A stretch of 64,000 nucleotides of DNA from Candidatus Norongarragalinales archaeon. GTDB lineage: Archaea > Micrarchaeota > Micrarchaeia > Norongarragalinales > Norongarragalinaceae. Below the pieces are notes generated by a model. That model did no database searches. It saw only the letters and a program-made list of their open reading frames with translations, and was not told the DNA's origin. Positions 46,862 through 56,798 of the stretch are shown here, piece after piece. Position 1 is the first letter of the stretch. Each line of letters opens with the position of its first letter. The translations under genes and the position numbers were made by a program. The stretch is from NCBI GenBank assembly GCA_038884755.1, contig JAWABJ010000001.1:352001-416000 (forward strand), read 5' to 3'.

Positions 46862-47599
46862 ATGGGTTTTCAAGGCAAAAGCGTTCTCGTTACGGGGGGA
46901 GGTAGAGGCATAGGCGCGGCCATAGCGAAAGCATTCGCCGACGAAGGGGCGGTTGTGTTCGTTAATTACAACGCTTCCAAAAAGCAAGCCGAAACCCTTG
47001 CCAAAGCAATCAACGGCTTTGCAATCCGCGCGAGCGTTTCCGACTCCAAGCAAGTAGAGCGAATGAAAAAATTCGTTTTGGGAAAGGCGAACGGTGCGTT
47101 GGACGTTCTCGTGAACAACGCGGGCGACATCGACTGGGTCTCGTCGTGGCAAGACGTTTCGGAAAAAATGTGGGACCGCGTGGTCGATACGAACCTGAAA
47201 GGAACGTTCTTGTGCACGCGCGCTTTCGCGTCCGCAATGCTCAAGCAAAAGCACGGCTGCATCGTGAACCTTTCTTCCACCGCTTTCTTCCAAGGCAAAT
47301 TCCCTGCAATGCACTACAACGCCTCGAAAGCGGGAGTGGTCGCTCTTACCAAAACGTTTGCTAACCAACTGGCCCCGTTCGTGCGCGTGAACAGCGTCGC
47401 GCCGGGTTTCATCAGGACGAACTTTCAAGAGCATTATTCCGACAGCAGGCAAAAACAGCTTCTCGACGGAATTCCGCTAAAGCGCTTCGGAAAACCGGAC
47501 GATATCGCAAAGGCCGTTCTTTTTCTTGCTTCCGACCAAGCGTCGTACGTCACCGGGCAGACTCTCGTAGTGGACGGCGGCAGGATAATGATTCCTTAA
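46862..47599 (+). CDS. SDR oxidoreductase (FabG-like)
   Basis: TGGGRGIG, NNAG, YNASK, PGFI.T, VTGQTLVVDGG. Confidence 0.93.
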   Translation: MGFQGKSVLVTGGGRGIGAAIAKAFADEGAVVFVNYNASKKQAETLAKAINGFAIRASVSDSKQVERMKKFVLGKANGALDVLVNNAGDIDWVSSWQDVSEKMWDRVVDTNLKGTFLCTRAFASAMLKQKHGCIVNLSSTAFFQGKFPAMHYNASKAGVVALTKTFANQLAPFVRVNSVAPGFIRTNFQEHYSDSRQKQLLDGIPLKRFGKPDDIAKAVLFLASDQASYVTGQTLVVDGGRIMIP

Positions 47600-47638
47600 A
47601 AACTTTGTTGCATTAGTGTAGAAAGGCAGGGTTTTAGT

Positions 47639-48352
47639 TTGGACAGAGTGAAAAGCGATTTTCTCAAACTACTTTTGAAGAAGGGAGGCTTGAAGATAGC
47701 CCCTTCTGCAAGCGAATTGTTCAAGCTCAAGAGCGGGCGCTATTCGCCGTTCTTCATCAACATCGGCTCGCTTACCGACGGCGAAAGCATACATGCATTA
47801 CGCAAGGCGTATTCCGGTTTTACTGCCGGCCTGCTTTCCGAAGGAAAAATTGAACGATTCGATTTTGTTTACGGGCCTGCGTATAAGGGAATTACGCTTG
47901 CAGCCATTCTTGCCGAAGGGCTTTTCGAAAAGGGCTATGACATCCGCACGCTTTACGACCGGAAGGAAGCTAAGGATTACGGCGACCAAAAGGCCGACAA
48001 AGTCATCGTTGGCAGCGGGTGGTTCAAGCAAGGGCAGAAGATTTTGATTATCGACGACGTCATCACCGCAGGGGGAACGACGCTCGAGTCGCTCGAGAAG
48101 CTCAAGCTTTTAGGAGAACACAAGGTCGTGGGCGTGGTTTTGGCGGTGGATCGGCAAGAAAGGATGGGCGACGCCGAGAGAGTGGGCGACTTGAGCTCGA
48201 CTCAAATGATACAACAGTCTTACAATTTGAACGTCTACTCTATTTTGACGATGCAAGAGATTTTTGAGGAAATAAAGCCTCACATTCCTTCGGACATAAG
48301 GCAAGCTTGGGTGGAATACTATGACAAGTACGGGGCAGTAAAACTCCGGTGA
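47639..48352 (+). CDS. pyrE: Orotate phosphoribosyltransferase
   Basis: FKLKSGRYSPFF, GPAYKGI, RKEAKDYG, IIDDVITAG, VDRQE. Confidence 0.93.
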   Translation: MDRVKSDFLKLLLKKGGLKIAPSASELFKLKSGRYSPFFINIGSLTDGESIHALRKAYSGFTAGLLSEGKIERFDFVYGPAYKGITLAAILAEGLFEKGYDIRTLYDRKEAKDYGDQKADKVIVGSGWFKQGQKILIIDDVITAGGTTLESLEKLKLLGEHKVVGVVLAVDRQERMGDAERVGDLSSTQMIQQSYNLNVYSILTMQEIFEEIKPHIPSDIRQAWVEYYDKYGAVKLR

Positions 48353-48354
48353 AA

Positions 48355-48618
48355 TCACTTTCCGAAAATCAGCCAGGCGGTTTCGGGAAACTCTTGCTTG
48401 AAGCGGTTCGACTGAAGATAAACACGCAAATACTTTTTCGCTCTTTCCACTTGCTCCACGTTCAAGTCGGTGAAAGCGCGATAGCGCAAGGCGTTTGGCG
48501 CGCCGCCGTAACGCTCGTCAAGCAATTCCGTCAACGCTTTCTTGGCGCAAGCGAGATTCACGCCTTCCAAGCTGGCCACTTTCTCAATCAAAACGGCATA
48601 CTCGTCTTGAACGCTCAT
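48355..48618 (-). CDS. Hypothetical protein
   Basis: ATG overlaps purM-like stop; fills gap. Confidence 0.5.
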   Translation of the reverse strand: MSVQDEYAVLIEKVASLEGVNLACAKKALTELLDERYGGAPNALRYRAFTDLNVEQVERAKKYLRVYLQSNRFKQEFPETAWLIFGK

Positions 48619-49658
48619 TTCAACACCAGTTTTTTTCCTTCAAAATCTACTGTAATCGCATTGCCTTTAACAACCTTTCCAATTACGCTTGCATTCACTC
48701 CGCACGTCCTCAAGCTCTTCAGTGCCTTGCCTTCGTCTTTATCGTCGACGATGACTGCAAAACCCCAGCCCATGTTGAAAGTCTTGAACATCTCATCCCA
48801 AGCCACGCCGCCAGCATTCTGGATTTCGCGGAAAACCTGCTGAGGGCGGAATGTGTCGAAATGAAACCCTACGCCTTTCGAAAAGCCTTGGAGTTTTTCG
48901 AACTTCAAGTACGCGTCGCCCGTAATGTTGACCGCAGCCTTGATTTTAACTTCCTTCGCCAACGCCAGGAAAGGTTTTACGTAAATGCGCGTGGGCTTGA
49001 CACACTCCCGCAAGAGCGTCTGCCTTTTTCCGCCGAAAGAAGCGAAAGCGCCTCCGAACTGCGAAAACAACGCTTTTCTCGCGAGAGAAATGCCGTTGGC
49101 GTGCACCCCGCTGCTTTCCAACCCTATGATTGAGTCGCCGGGCTTGAGGTTGTTTGCGAGAATTATTTTCTTTGCCGGAACGGTGGCAAAGCAAGACGCG
49201 ATTACAATGTAGGGGTTTGCCGAAGCGCCTTTCACCAAGTCTTTCACGTCCGCAGTTTCCCCTCCCGCGACAAAACAACCGCTTTCAACGCACGCTTTGT
49301 TAATTCCGTCGAGAACCTGCCTCAGCTCGGGACCCGAGGAATCCGCGATTTCAATGGTGTTCGTGATACTTTTGGGCACAGCTCCGCAGCGTATTGCGTC
49401 GTTGACTACGCACGCCACCGCTTCCCAGCCGGCAATCCAATGCTCGCCTGAAAGCTGGGTGAGCAAGACTTTCGTCCCGACGCTGTCTGTGGTTTCGATG
49501 TAGTAAACGCCTTTGCTTCCCTCCAGGGGAATCAAATCGTTGAAAGGCGTTTTTATCGTGCCGCGCGGCCTGCGGAATACCGAAATCGCCTGTTTTGCCT
49601 TGGCCCTCGCATTCCGGTCAACGCCGCTTTGAGAGTAATCCAAACCCATTGGCATCAC
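48615..49658 (-). CDS. PurM (AIR synthetase)-like protein with divergent active-site motifs
   Basis: YSQSGVD, TDSVGTK, VND, GGETA, SSGVHANG.SL.RK, PTRIYV, NITG, TFNMG.G. Confidence 0.8.
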   Translation of the reverse strand: MMPMGLDYSQSGVDRNARAKAKQAISVFRRPRGTIKTPFNDLIPLEGSKGVYYIETTDSVGTKVLLTQLSGEHWIAGWEAVACVVNDAIRCGAVPKSITNTIEIADSSGPELRQVLDGINKACVESGCFVAGGETADVKDLVKGASANPYIVIASCFATVPAKKIILANNLKPGDSIIGLESSGVHANGISLARKALFSQFGGAFASFGGKRQTLLRECVKPTRIYVKPFLALAKEVKIKAAVNITGDAYLKFEKLQGFSKGVGFHFDTFRPQQVFREIQNAGGVAWDEMFKTFNMGWGFAVIVDDKDEGKALKSLRTCGVNASVIGKVVKGNAITVDFEGKKLVLK

Positions 49659-49664
49659 AACACG

Positions 49665-50084
49665 CTAAATGTCCAACACTATCCTAGCAACCCAAACGCC
49701 CTTGTCGTTCTTGAACACGCGCGCACGGTGCATAGTCACCGCCTTGACATGAGTGCCTGCTGCCTTGCGCGCGTAAGGGCTGCCGTAAGCTATTCCTTCG
49801 ATTGTCATGCGCTTTTCATCAATCTTCTTGACTTTAAACTCTTTCCAGTACGCCTGCCTCGCGTCGCTTTCCGAAACCATTTTGTCGAGAAGAAAGACGA
49901 CTATCTCGTCGAGAGTGCTGCCCTTGTTTTTTACCGTCGTTTTGACGGTTTTTTTCAATAGCCTGGGCTTCGCCATTACCGAAAACATTGCCGACGCGGC
50001 GTTTTCCACGCATTCTTTTAGCGTTTTTCCGTACGCCTCGAACAAAACGTCGGCAGTATGCTCGAAAAAGGCGAATCGTTTCAC
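49665..50084 (-). CDS. Archease (RtcB cofactor)
   Basis: EHTAD, VKAVT.H, C-terminal LDI. Confidence 0.93.
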   Translation of the reverse strand: MKRFAFFEHTADVLFEAYGKTLKECVENAASAMFSVMAKPRLLKKTVKTTVKNKGSTLDEIVVFLLDKMVSESDARQAYWKEFKVKKIDEKRMTIEGIAYGSPYARKAAGTHVKAVTMHRARVFKNDKGVWVARIVLDI

Positions 50085-50161
50085 GCTCCCACCGTAAAAA
50101 CCAATTTAAATAAGGAAAGGCACTTTTTAATCATCGGTTTTTGCAAAAGGCGTTTGGAAAA

Positions 50162-50500
50162 ATGTTCGGAAGAATGGATCCCAAGCAAATGGCTTCGCTC
50201 ATGAAGCAAATGGGAATCAAGAACGAGGAAGTCGCCGCAGAACGCGTGGTCATCGAAAAGGCGGACGGCTCGAAAATCATTGTTGAATCGCCTAGCGTTC
50301 AGGCTATCGAAATGCAGGGGCAGAAGAGCTTTCAAATCGCCGGCAAAATCGTTGAGGCTGAGGCGAGCGAGTCGCAAGAGAAGAGTGACGTCGACATCAT
50401 AATGGAAGAGTGCAATTGCACCCGCCAGGAGGCGGAAGCTGCACTGGAGAAAGCCAAGGGAGATTTGGCCGAGGCTATTTTAAGCTTGAAGGGAGCATAA
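50162..50500 (+). CDS. nac: Nascent polypeptide-associated complex protein
   Basis: MDPKQM..MKQMGI, P.V..., FQI.G, C-terminal UBA GDLAEAIL. Confidence 0.93.
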   Translation: MFGRMDPKQMASLMKQMGIKNEEVAAERVVIEKADGSKIIVESPSVQAIEMQGQKSFQIAGKIVEAEASESQEKSDVDIIMEECNCTRQEAEAALEKAKGDLAEAILSLKGA

Positions 50501-50525
50501 CCGCAAAAAAAAGGAGGGGATTGTT

Positions 50526-51152
50526 TTGGCTAGGGAAATTTCACCAGTCCAGTCTGCCATGAGGCGAACCGGAGCAAAAGGCCGCTTGCCGTGGGTTACA
50601 AATTCGGCAATGATGCGGCGCTTTAAAGACCGCTTCAACAAGACTTCAAGCGAAGCCAACCTCAAAAGCCTTCGGGAAATACACAACGAACTCAAAGGGC
50701 TTTCTGAAGAAATAGGAGATTTGCACCACAGCGACGACATTGAAGGAGCACAAGAACTTTTTGACGAATTCAAGGGAAAATGCCAAAAGTTTTTTGAAAA
50801 AGTCGAAGAGGCTTCGGAACTGCACTCCCAAGCGACCGCGATGATAGAACGGATAAATTCAAGGCTGCAAAGCTCTCAAGACAGGAATGCGGCCGAACTG
50901 ATTCACGACCACGAAAGGCAGGCGATTTTAAACTGGTTCGGACGGGAAGGAATAGACCGGAGGGTAAACGCTTTGGGAAACGCCGTCGAAAGGTACTCGC
51001 AAATAGCCGAAAACCTGAGGCAAATAGTGGAAAGCGCTTATTTCAGGGAAATGGCCCAGCATCACGAGGTTATGGTCAGGTCACGGGCGGCGTTTTTGGA
51101 ACACCACGAAACCCTGCACAACGCGGTCCACAATATTACCGAAAAAAAATAA
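50526..51152 (+). CDS. Hypothetical helical protein
   Basis: 208-aa ORF, GGAGGGGA SD, no recognised motif. Confidence 0.55.
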   Translation: MAREISPVQSAMRRTGAKGRLPWVTNSAMMRRFKDRFNKTSSEANLKSLREIHNELKGLSEEIGDLHHSDDIEGAQELFDEFKGKCQKFFEKVEEASELHSQATAMIERINSRLQSSQDRNAAELIHDHERQAILNWFGREGIDRRVNALGNAVERYSQIAENLRQIVESAYFREMAQHHEVMVRSRAAFLEHHETLHNAVHNITEKK

Positions 51153-51163
51153 AGAAAAAAAAA

Positions 51164-53812
51164 TCAACGCCCCTGGTCTTCAATAGCAGCCGGCTCGGCG
51201 TAAGGGTAAGCTTGTTCTTTGGCTATTTCCACCGAGCCGAGCGAAGCGAGCGAATTCAAATCATTCGCTTTGACGAAGCGGTTTGAAATCGTGTAAAGCA
51301 CGTTCTCGATGTACGCGCTTCTCTGCACGTCGGTGTTGCCCCAGTAGTAATAACCTGCCTTGTCGAACGCACTCTGGTCGGCGTGCGAGACTCTTCCTTT
51401 AAGCATGAAGCCCGTTGCAACGTCCAAGTTGAACACGTACGCACCTTGGAATATGTAGTCTCCGTAAGAAGAAGGCTCGACGCCCTGCGGGTATTTCGTC
51501 GGATTAATCCTAGCTTCGAGAACGGGAATTACGAGCAGCCCGTTCTTGCTTTTCGCAAACAAGAACGCCTTGTGGTCGTGCAACGCGTAAGATTCCGAAC
51601 CCCTGTCGCCTATGTCGTATTTCGCCACTTCCTTGATCGCATTGACGTCGCTCACGTCAAACAGCGAAAGCTTCAAGCCTTGGTACCAGGCGAAATCGCC
51701 GTCACCAAACTCTCCTGCCTTTGCAGGAAGCGCGCTCTTGCCCAAACCAATAATGTGGTTTTCGTCGTAAGAGTGCAAGTAATTCGAGTAACCCGGAATC
51801 TTAAGCTGCCCGAGCACGCGCGGGTTGGCAGGGTCGCTCAAGTCTATTGCAAACAACGGGTCGGTTTGCTTGAACGTAACCAGATACAACCGGTCGCCCA
51901 TGAACCTTGCAGAGTAAATCCTTTCGCCAGGCGCCAAGTCCGTAAGCTTGCCTACTACCTCCAGCTTGTCGTTCAGAACGAACACGTGGTTTTTCTGCTT
52001 TGTTTCCTCAGGCCTCTCGGCTTGAGGCGCAGCAACCGCGCCTTCAGGAACGCCCACAGTCATTATCACGTCTCCTCTGAACGAGGGTTCGGTGGTCGTC
52101 GCAATGCGGAAATACCCGTTGTGCTCGTCCATGGAAAACTGGTTTAAGACCGTTCCGACAACCTCGCCCTTGCCCAAATAAGCTATTTCCTTGCCCAGCG
52201 AAAACTTGTGTATCACGGTTTTCGCTTGGCCGTAGTGGTAGGGCATGCCGATTCTCGCGATTTCATCCTGCTTGTTTTGCGTTGCGGCGTTGATTTTCTC
52301 GTAGACTTCCTTCCTCGCGTTTTCGCTCAAGCTTTCGACGAACTTTTGCGCTTGGGCGACTTTCAAAGCTTCCTTGCGCCACTCGCTTGCGTCGGAAGCG
52401 TCGATTGCCGCGATTTTCTCGCTGAAATCGCGGGTAATGTAAGGCGAGAGAATGCCTTGGTAGTCAACCCACTTTAGGGTGGGGTAAGGCGAGTAGTCGT
52501 AAACGCTTTGGGTTACGAACATGTTTTCTTTCGAAACGAAGAGGGTTTGCGCGTAGCCCATCAAAACCACTTTCCTCGCCTCTTGTTCGTTCAAGTCGTT
52601 CAAGTTGAAGCCGAGTACGGTGACGAAGTTGTAGTTGCTGTCGGGATAGTCGAAGTAACCAATTTGAGAAGGCATTGTCTCGCGCGGCACGCCGTCTTCC
52701 ACAAAAACAGGCATGGGCCCGCCGTAGTAGGCGTTCTCGTTCGAGACAACGAAAACCCTGCCGTCAATCAAGCGCGATTGCACGTAGCTTCCGCTCAAAA
52801 CGAAGCTTTTCACCAAGTCAGGAAGAGTCTTGTCTGTAATGTCGTACACTTTGACGAAAGAAGCCTGCTGGTAGTAAGGATACGGATAGTAACCGGGAAC
52901 AACCATTTTAGAGTCTATGCCCACGCCGTCAGCAACTTCTTTCACTTGTTCAGAACCAACGTCTGGAGTTGCAGTTGCGCTTGCTTCAGGCGTAGGTTTT
53001 ACTTCAGGGCAAGGCGCGAATTCACACGACGGCGCCACTCTTCCCACGAAACTACCGTCGGGGCATTGCTTGGCGTCGGCAGTGCAAGCTACTGGAACAG
53101 CGCTAGCTTGAGGGGAAGGGCAGTATTTCAACGTGCAAATTGCAACAGCCTTTCCGTCAACTTCGCTGCAAGAGCACGAATTGCAGCCGTCACTCCAACT
53201 CTCGCCTACAGCGTATTCCTTGCCGTTGGAAACGCACTTTTGCGAAGGAGCTGGCGAGGGTTCGACGGGCAAAGGCTGCGGCAGCCAGAAAGCCTGCTCG
53301 CTTCCGAAAACCACGAGCTTGTTTCCGTAAACGAAAATTTGCGTGGGGTAAGCGTTTTCGCCGAAACGGATTTCAGAAACGATTTTCATTTCGCTCGCAG
53401 GATAAGCCCGCACAATCTTGACTTTGTTTTCCGCTATAACGTATAAAAACTCCCCGTCGTTCTTCACCACGTCTGCTTCGTCAATGCCTTCCACTTGCAC
53501 GTTTGTTGAAGAATAGTCTTTGGCCGAGCCGCCGCTTTCACTGGCGTCCGCGCGGGCCATCATGGGCGCGCCAAAGCCTCTCGCTACGCCATAACCGCCA
53601 TAGCCTTGCGACTGCGTAGCCTGCAAGAATTCGCTCACGTCGTTCCACGATTCGAACGAAAGCAACTGCGTTTGACTTTCTTGCGTTTGCAGTCCCGGGG
53701 AAGGCGAAGCTGCGAACCTGCCGTCTTGCACGCAGCCTGCTAGAAACAGGGAAAAAGCCAAAATCAAAACAAAAACTGCGGAAAAACTTTTCGAAGCCAT
53801 GATGCAAACCAC
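51164..53812 (-). CDS. Lipoprotein with beta-propeller domain (COG4880-like) and inserted Cys-rich modules
   Basis: LAGC lipobox, YSSTNVQVEGIDEADVVKNDG, NQFSMDE, GERIYSARF, VTFKQTDPLF, LKIPGYSNYLH. Confidence 0.88.
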   Translation of the reverse strand: MVCIMASKSFSAVFVLILAFSLFLAGCVQDGRFAASPSPGLQTQESQTQLLSFESWNDVSEFLQATQSQGYGGYGVARGFGAPMMARADASESGGSAKDYSSTNVQVEGIDEADVVKNDGEFLYVIAENKVKIVRAYPASEMKIVSEIRFGENAYPTQIFVYGNKLVVFGSEQAFWLPQPLPVEPSPAPSQKCVSNGKEYAVGESWSDGCNSCSCSEVDGKAVAICTLKYCPSPQASAVPVACTADAKQCPDGSFVGRVAPSCEFAPCPEVKPTPEASATATPDVGSEQVKEVADGVGIDSKMVVPGYYPYPYYQQASFVKVYDITDKTLPDLVKSFVLSGSYVQSRLIDGRVFVVSNENAYYGGPMPVFVEDGVPRETMPSQIGYFDYPDSNYNFVTVLGFNLNDLNEQEARKVVLMGYAQTLFVSKENMFVTQSVYDYSPYPTLKWVDYQGILSPYITRDFSEKIAAIDASDASEWRKEALKVAQAQKFVESLSENARKEVYEKINAATQNKQDEIARIGMPYHYGQAKTVIHKFSLGKEIAYLGKGEVVGTVLNQFSMDEHNGYFRIATTTEPSFRGDVIMTVGVPEGAVAAPQAERPEETKQKNHVFVLNDKLEVVGKLTDLAPGERIYSARFMGDRLYLVTFKQTDPLFAIDLSDPANPRVLGQLKIPGYSNYLHSYDENHIIGLGKSALPAKAGEFGDGDFAWYQGLKLSLFDVSDVNAIKEVAKYDIGDRGSESYALHDHKAFLFAKSKNGLLVIPVLEARINPTKYPQGVEPSSYGDYIFQGAYVFNLDVATGFMLKGRVSHADQSAFDKAGYYYWGNTDVQRSAYIENVLYTISNRFVKANDLNSLASLGSVEIAKEQAYPYAEPAAIEDQGR

Positions 53813-54039
53813 CCATTGATTTTCAAATGCGACAAAATTCCTAAGGAAAGGGCGTTTAAATAGCCTGCAAGATAATCAAGAAAAAAATTGATGATTTTTA
53901 AAGAACTGGTAAAATATTATACTGACAAAACTATTAGGTTAAATGAGTTTTAAGCCAGTTGATTTGTGGCTTTTTGAAAAAAAACTTCTGACAGAAGGGA
54001 AAGCGCGAGGTAAGTAAAAGAAAAGAGAGGGCGCGCGTT

Positions 54040-54339
54040 TCACTCTTTGTAGTTGTAGGTGAAATACCCCGCGAGCAGGAAAACTATTCCCAAAACGAAG
54101 TCGAGCAAAATCGACTGCATGAGAGAGTTGGTGGTTCCTGAAAGGAGTTGCTTTGTAGACTCGATTTGCGAAGCATCTACTCCCAACGCTTCGCCTCCTA
54201 ACGCATCAAGCTGGTTCAGTTGTGCAATCGACGGGCCGAGCGCTGCCGAAACCTGCATGTACTGGTTGGCTTGGTATACGGCGAGCGTGAACATCAACGC
54301 CGCCATAATGACTAAAAACTGGCTGAAAATCTTTTTCAT
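54040..54339 (-). CDS. Small two-TM membrane protein
   Basis: N- and C-terminal hydrophobic helices; start overlaps upstream stop. Confidence 0.6.
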   Translation of the reverse strand: MKKIFSQFLVIMAALMFTLAVYQANQYMQVSAALGPSIAQLNQLDALGGEALGVDASQIESTKQLLSGTTNSLMQSILLDFVLGIVFLLAGYFTYNYKE

Positions 54340-54749
54340 TCTTCACCACCATCCAAAACGAATTTGTTCCTCCTCTTCTTTCCATCTACTAACCTGCTCT
54401 TGTGCTTTCTCGCTTCGCTCAAAAGCTCGTCGAACAAGTCGTTCAAAACGAAATTCAGCTTTCTTCCCGCGGCTTTCGCGTGGAACGACGCGCTTTTGGA
54501 AGAAAGCAAGCCATGCAGCTCGAACTTCTCCGTTTTCCCTATTCCCGAGCTTTTCACGTGAATCGTCACTCCTTCGATCTCGTCCAAAAACTTTGACGCC
54601 TTGTCGGCGAAAGCGCGCGCTTCTTCTTCCACGCTGTCTTGAAAAACTTTCGCGTCTTTCTTCAAGCCTGAAACGATTACTTTCGGAGACTGGGCTTTCT
54701 TGAAAAACCCGAGGATTTTGTTCCACACCATTTTCGCTCTCACCACCAT
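54336..54749 (-). CDS. Possible stand-alone HPF/RaiA-like ribosome hibernation domain
   Basis: beta-alpha-beta-beta-beta-alpha pattern: VTIHVK...KFELHGLL...FHAKAAG..L...L..LFDEL..EARK. Confidence 0.5.
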   Translation of the reverse strand: MVVRAKMVWNKILGFFKKAQSPKVIVSGLKKDAKVFQDSVEEEARAFADKASKFLDEIEGVTIHVKSSGIGKTEKFELHGLLSSKSASFHAKAAGRKLNFVLNDLFDELLSEARKHKSRLVDGKKRRNKFVLDGGEE

Positions 54750-54782
54750 TCGTTAGAGAAAACGGCTTTTTATTGCCCTTGT

Positions 54783-56291
54783 TCAAGTGAACCAAGGCAG
54801 CGCGTTTATCAAAAGCAAGCCCACGCTAACCAGCCCTAAACCCAACGCGATTTTAGTGCCAGTCTCCTTGCCGAACGCGTCTTGCAATTCTACTAGAAAA
54901 ATTCGTTGGCCGTCCGTCAAAAACAAGGGAAGCAAATTCACCGTCGCAAGGATGAAGTTAAGGGTGAAAGTGAAGACCACAACCAAAAGAACAAAGGAAA
55001 AAAGTCCGAACAAGAACGGGTCAAACGGGTTGTTCTCGAATTCCACGGTCGGGCGCAAGGCGAGCGTCACGCCCAGTTTTCCCTCCTCGTTCAACACCAC
55101 GCTTTTCTCGCCCGCGCTTGTTTCAAGCAGCACGCTTTCTCCCGCTTTTCCGGAAGCAACCGCCAGCCTCAAATCATTCAAATTATAAGTGGGTTTTCCT
55201 TTTGCGGAATAAATCCTCTCGCCTTTCTCGAGCGAGGGGTTGGAGGAACTCAAGATTTCCAACTCGAAAGCGCGCACGAGCTTATCCCCTTGCGACGTCT
55301 TGAGTTGCAAAACGCCTTTGGAGGAATGTGCGCGCAAGTCTTCCGCGGTTTTCACCAACTTTCCGTCGGCTTCAAAAACCTTCTCCCCGACAGACAATTG
55401 CGAAAACACAGTGGAGTTTTCGAAAACGCTTTTCACCGAAACGCTTTCCACCATCAAAGGCGTTATTTGAGACAACGCCAGTCCGACGATGAGGAAAAGA
55501 ACGAAAAACAACGCGTTGCTCGTGCTTCCTGCGCCGAGAATGCGCAGTTGCAAAAGCTTGTCCATTTTTGCCATTTTCTTTTCGTCTGGCTCGACGAAAG
55601 CGCCGACTGGAAGGATTCCGAACAAGAGCAAGCCCGAAGATTTAACTTTCAAGTTTTCCACAAGGCAAAGCACTCCGTGCGCCAGCTCGTGCACGACAAC
55701 GACGATTATCAAGGCAAAAACCACTTCCCAAGGCACGGTAACGCCTGGCACTATTGGAATAACGCCGGGCGGCGTTGCGGGTACGGTGAGAATGTCGTAA
55801 GCATGCTGCGCCAGGAAGAAAAAGCCTATGCCGAAAAGCCCAGCGGCAAAGCCAATGATTACTATCAACTGGGATTCCACCATAGTCGGCTGCAGGAGGA
55901 ACAAGGCGTAAAACAAAGCCATTCCAAACGCGTGAAGCAGGAGTTTTTTGCTTAAGCTGAACAGCCGCCACCCGTAGAAAACCCCGAAGCCCAGCGTGAG
56001 CCCAAAGTCCGAAAGCGCTTTGCTCAACTTAGCATGGTGTTTTGCTATATGCCGCATTTGCTTGAAGCCTGAAACGCCCCGCACTATTATGAACCCGAAG
56101 TGGTGCTCTTGGCCGCTGAGCTTGCCAAGAATCGTTCCTGAAACGCCGAGGAGGACTATCGAAACCGCGAGCTTGACCCAGTCGTTGAAAGTCGAGAAAG
56201 CTATCGCGAAAAACGCTGCGGCCGAAGCCAGCGCGACAACCGCAATCCAAAAGTCCTTGTTCCGTTCGAAATGGTTCAATTGCAATAACAC
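54783..56291 (-). CDS. Site-2 protease (M50) with PDZ-like domains
   Basis: HELAH, GAFVEPD, AG..SN, NLLP..TDG. Confidence 0.92.
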   Translation of the reverse strand: MLLQLNHFERNKDFWIAVVALASAAAFFAIAFSTFNDWVKLAVSIVLLGVSGTILGKLSGQEHHFGFIIVRGVSGFKQMRHIAKHHAKLSKALSDFGLTLGFGVFYGWRLFSLSKKLLLHAFGMALFYALFLLQPTMVESQLIVIIGFAAGLFGIGFFFLAQHAYDILTVPATPPGVIPIVPGVTVPWEVVFALIIVVVVHELAHGVLCLVENLKVKSSGLLLFGILPVGAFVEPDEKKMAKMDKLLQLRILGAGSTSNALFFVLFLIVGLALSQITPLMVESVSVKSVFENSTVFSQLSVGEKVFEADGKLVKTAEDLRAHSSKGVLQLKTSQGDKLVRAFELEILSSSNPSLEKGERIYSAKGKPTYNLNDLRLAVASGKAGESVLLETSAGEKSVVLNEEGKLGVTLALRPTVEFENNPFDPFLFGLFSFVLLVVVFTFTLNFILATVNLLPLFLTDGQRIFLVELQDAFGKETGTKIALGLGLVSVGLLLINALPWFT

Positions 56292-56323
56292 CCCGTTAGA
56301 CTACGAAAACCCGAGCGTACCGG

Positions 56324-56713
56324 TTATTGTTCAAGCAAGCTTATTCCTAAAGCAAACTCTAGTTTTTTAATTGTCGCTTCGCCGGGCTTGAACTTTTGGT
56401 GCTCGAAACCCTCGAGTTCCTTTTCCTGAATGAAAAGCTTGCGCGCCAAATCTTTTCTCGAAAGCGAAAGCTTCTCCCGCGCCTGCATTATGCGTTTTCC
56501 GTAGTCTTCGGCCAGTTCTTTCTCCCCTGATTTTGAAAGCGAAGGCTTGAGAACTTGGGAGAAGACTTTGGCGTGCTTGGGCGGAGAGTAGTTTTTGAAA
56601 ACCTCGAATCCGCTGGAGTACGCCGAGCAAGTTTCGCACAACGGCACTCTAGCCCCTTCAACGAAACCCAGTCCAGCTGCGGGCTTTCCGCAAACCTGGC
56701 AGTCCACGCGCAT
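56324..56713 (-). CDS. Archaeal MBF1 (Zn ribbon + HTH)
   Basis: CQVCG...VEGA...CETC; EDYGKRI.QARE; P......KLE..L.I.L. Confidence 0.88.
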   Translation of the reverse strand: MRVDCQVCGKPAAGLGFVEGARVPLCETCSAYSSGFEVFKNYSPPKHAKVFSQVLKPSLSKSGEKELAEDYGKRIMQAREKLSLSRKDLARKLFIQEKELEGFEHQKFKPGEATIKKLEFALGISLLEQ

Positions 56714-56798
56714 TCCAACACCCTCGCGCCCGAAGCGCGAAAAACAATGTTTTAAGCCTTGCAACCGTTTTAATATTTCGTTTTTCCGCGGTGTTGCA

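Noticed and set aside
54016..54024. Isolated AAAAGAAAA copies outside tRNA introns
   Set aside because: No flanking stem; expected in this A/T-tract-rich genome.
53815..54039. AT-rich intergenic region as replication origin
   Set aside because: No ORB-like repeats recognised and no cdc6/orc1 nearby; compatible with promoter/terminator DNA.
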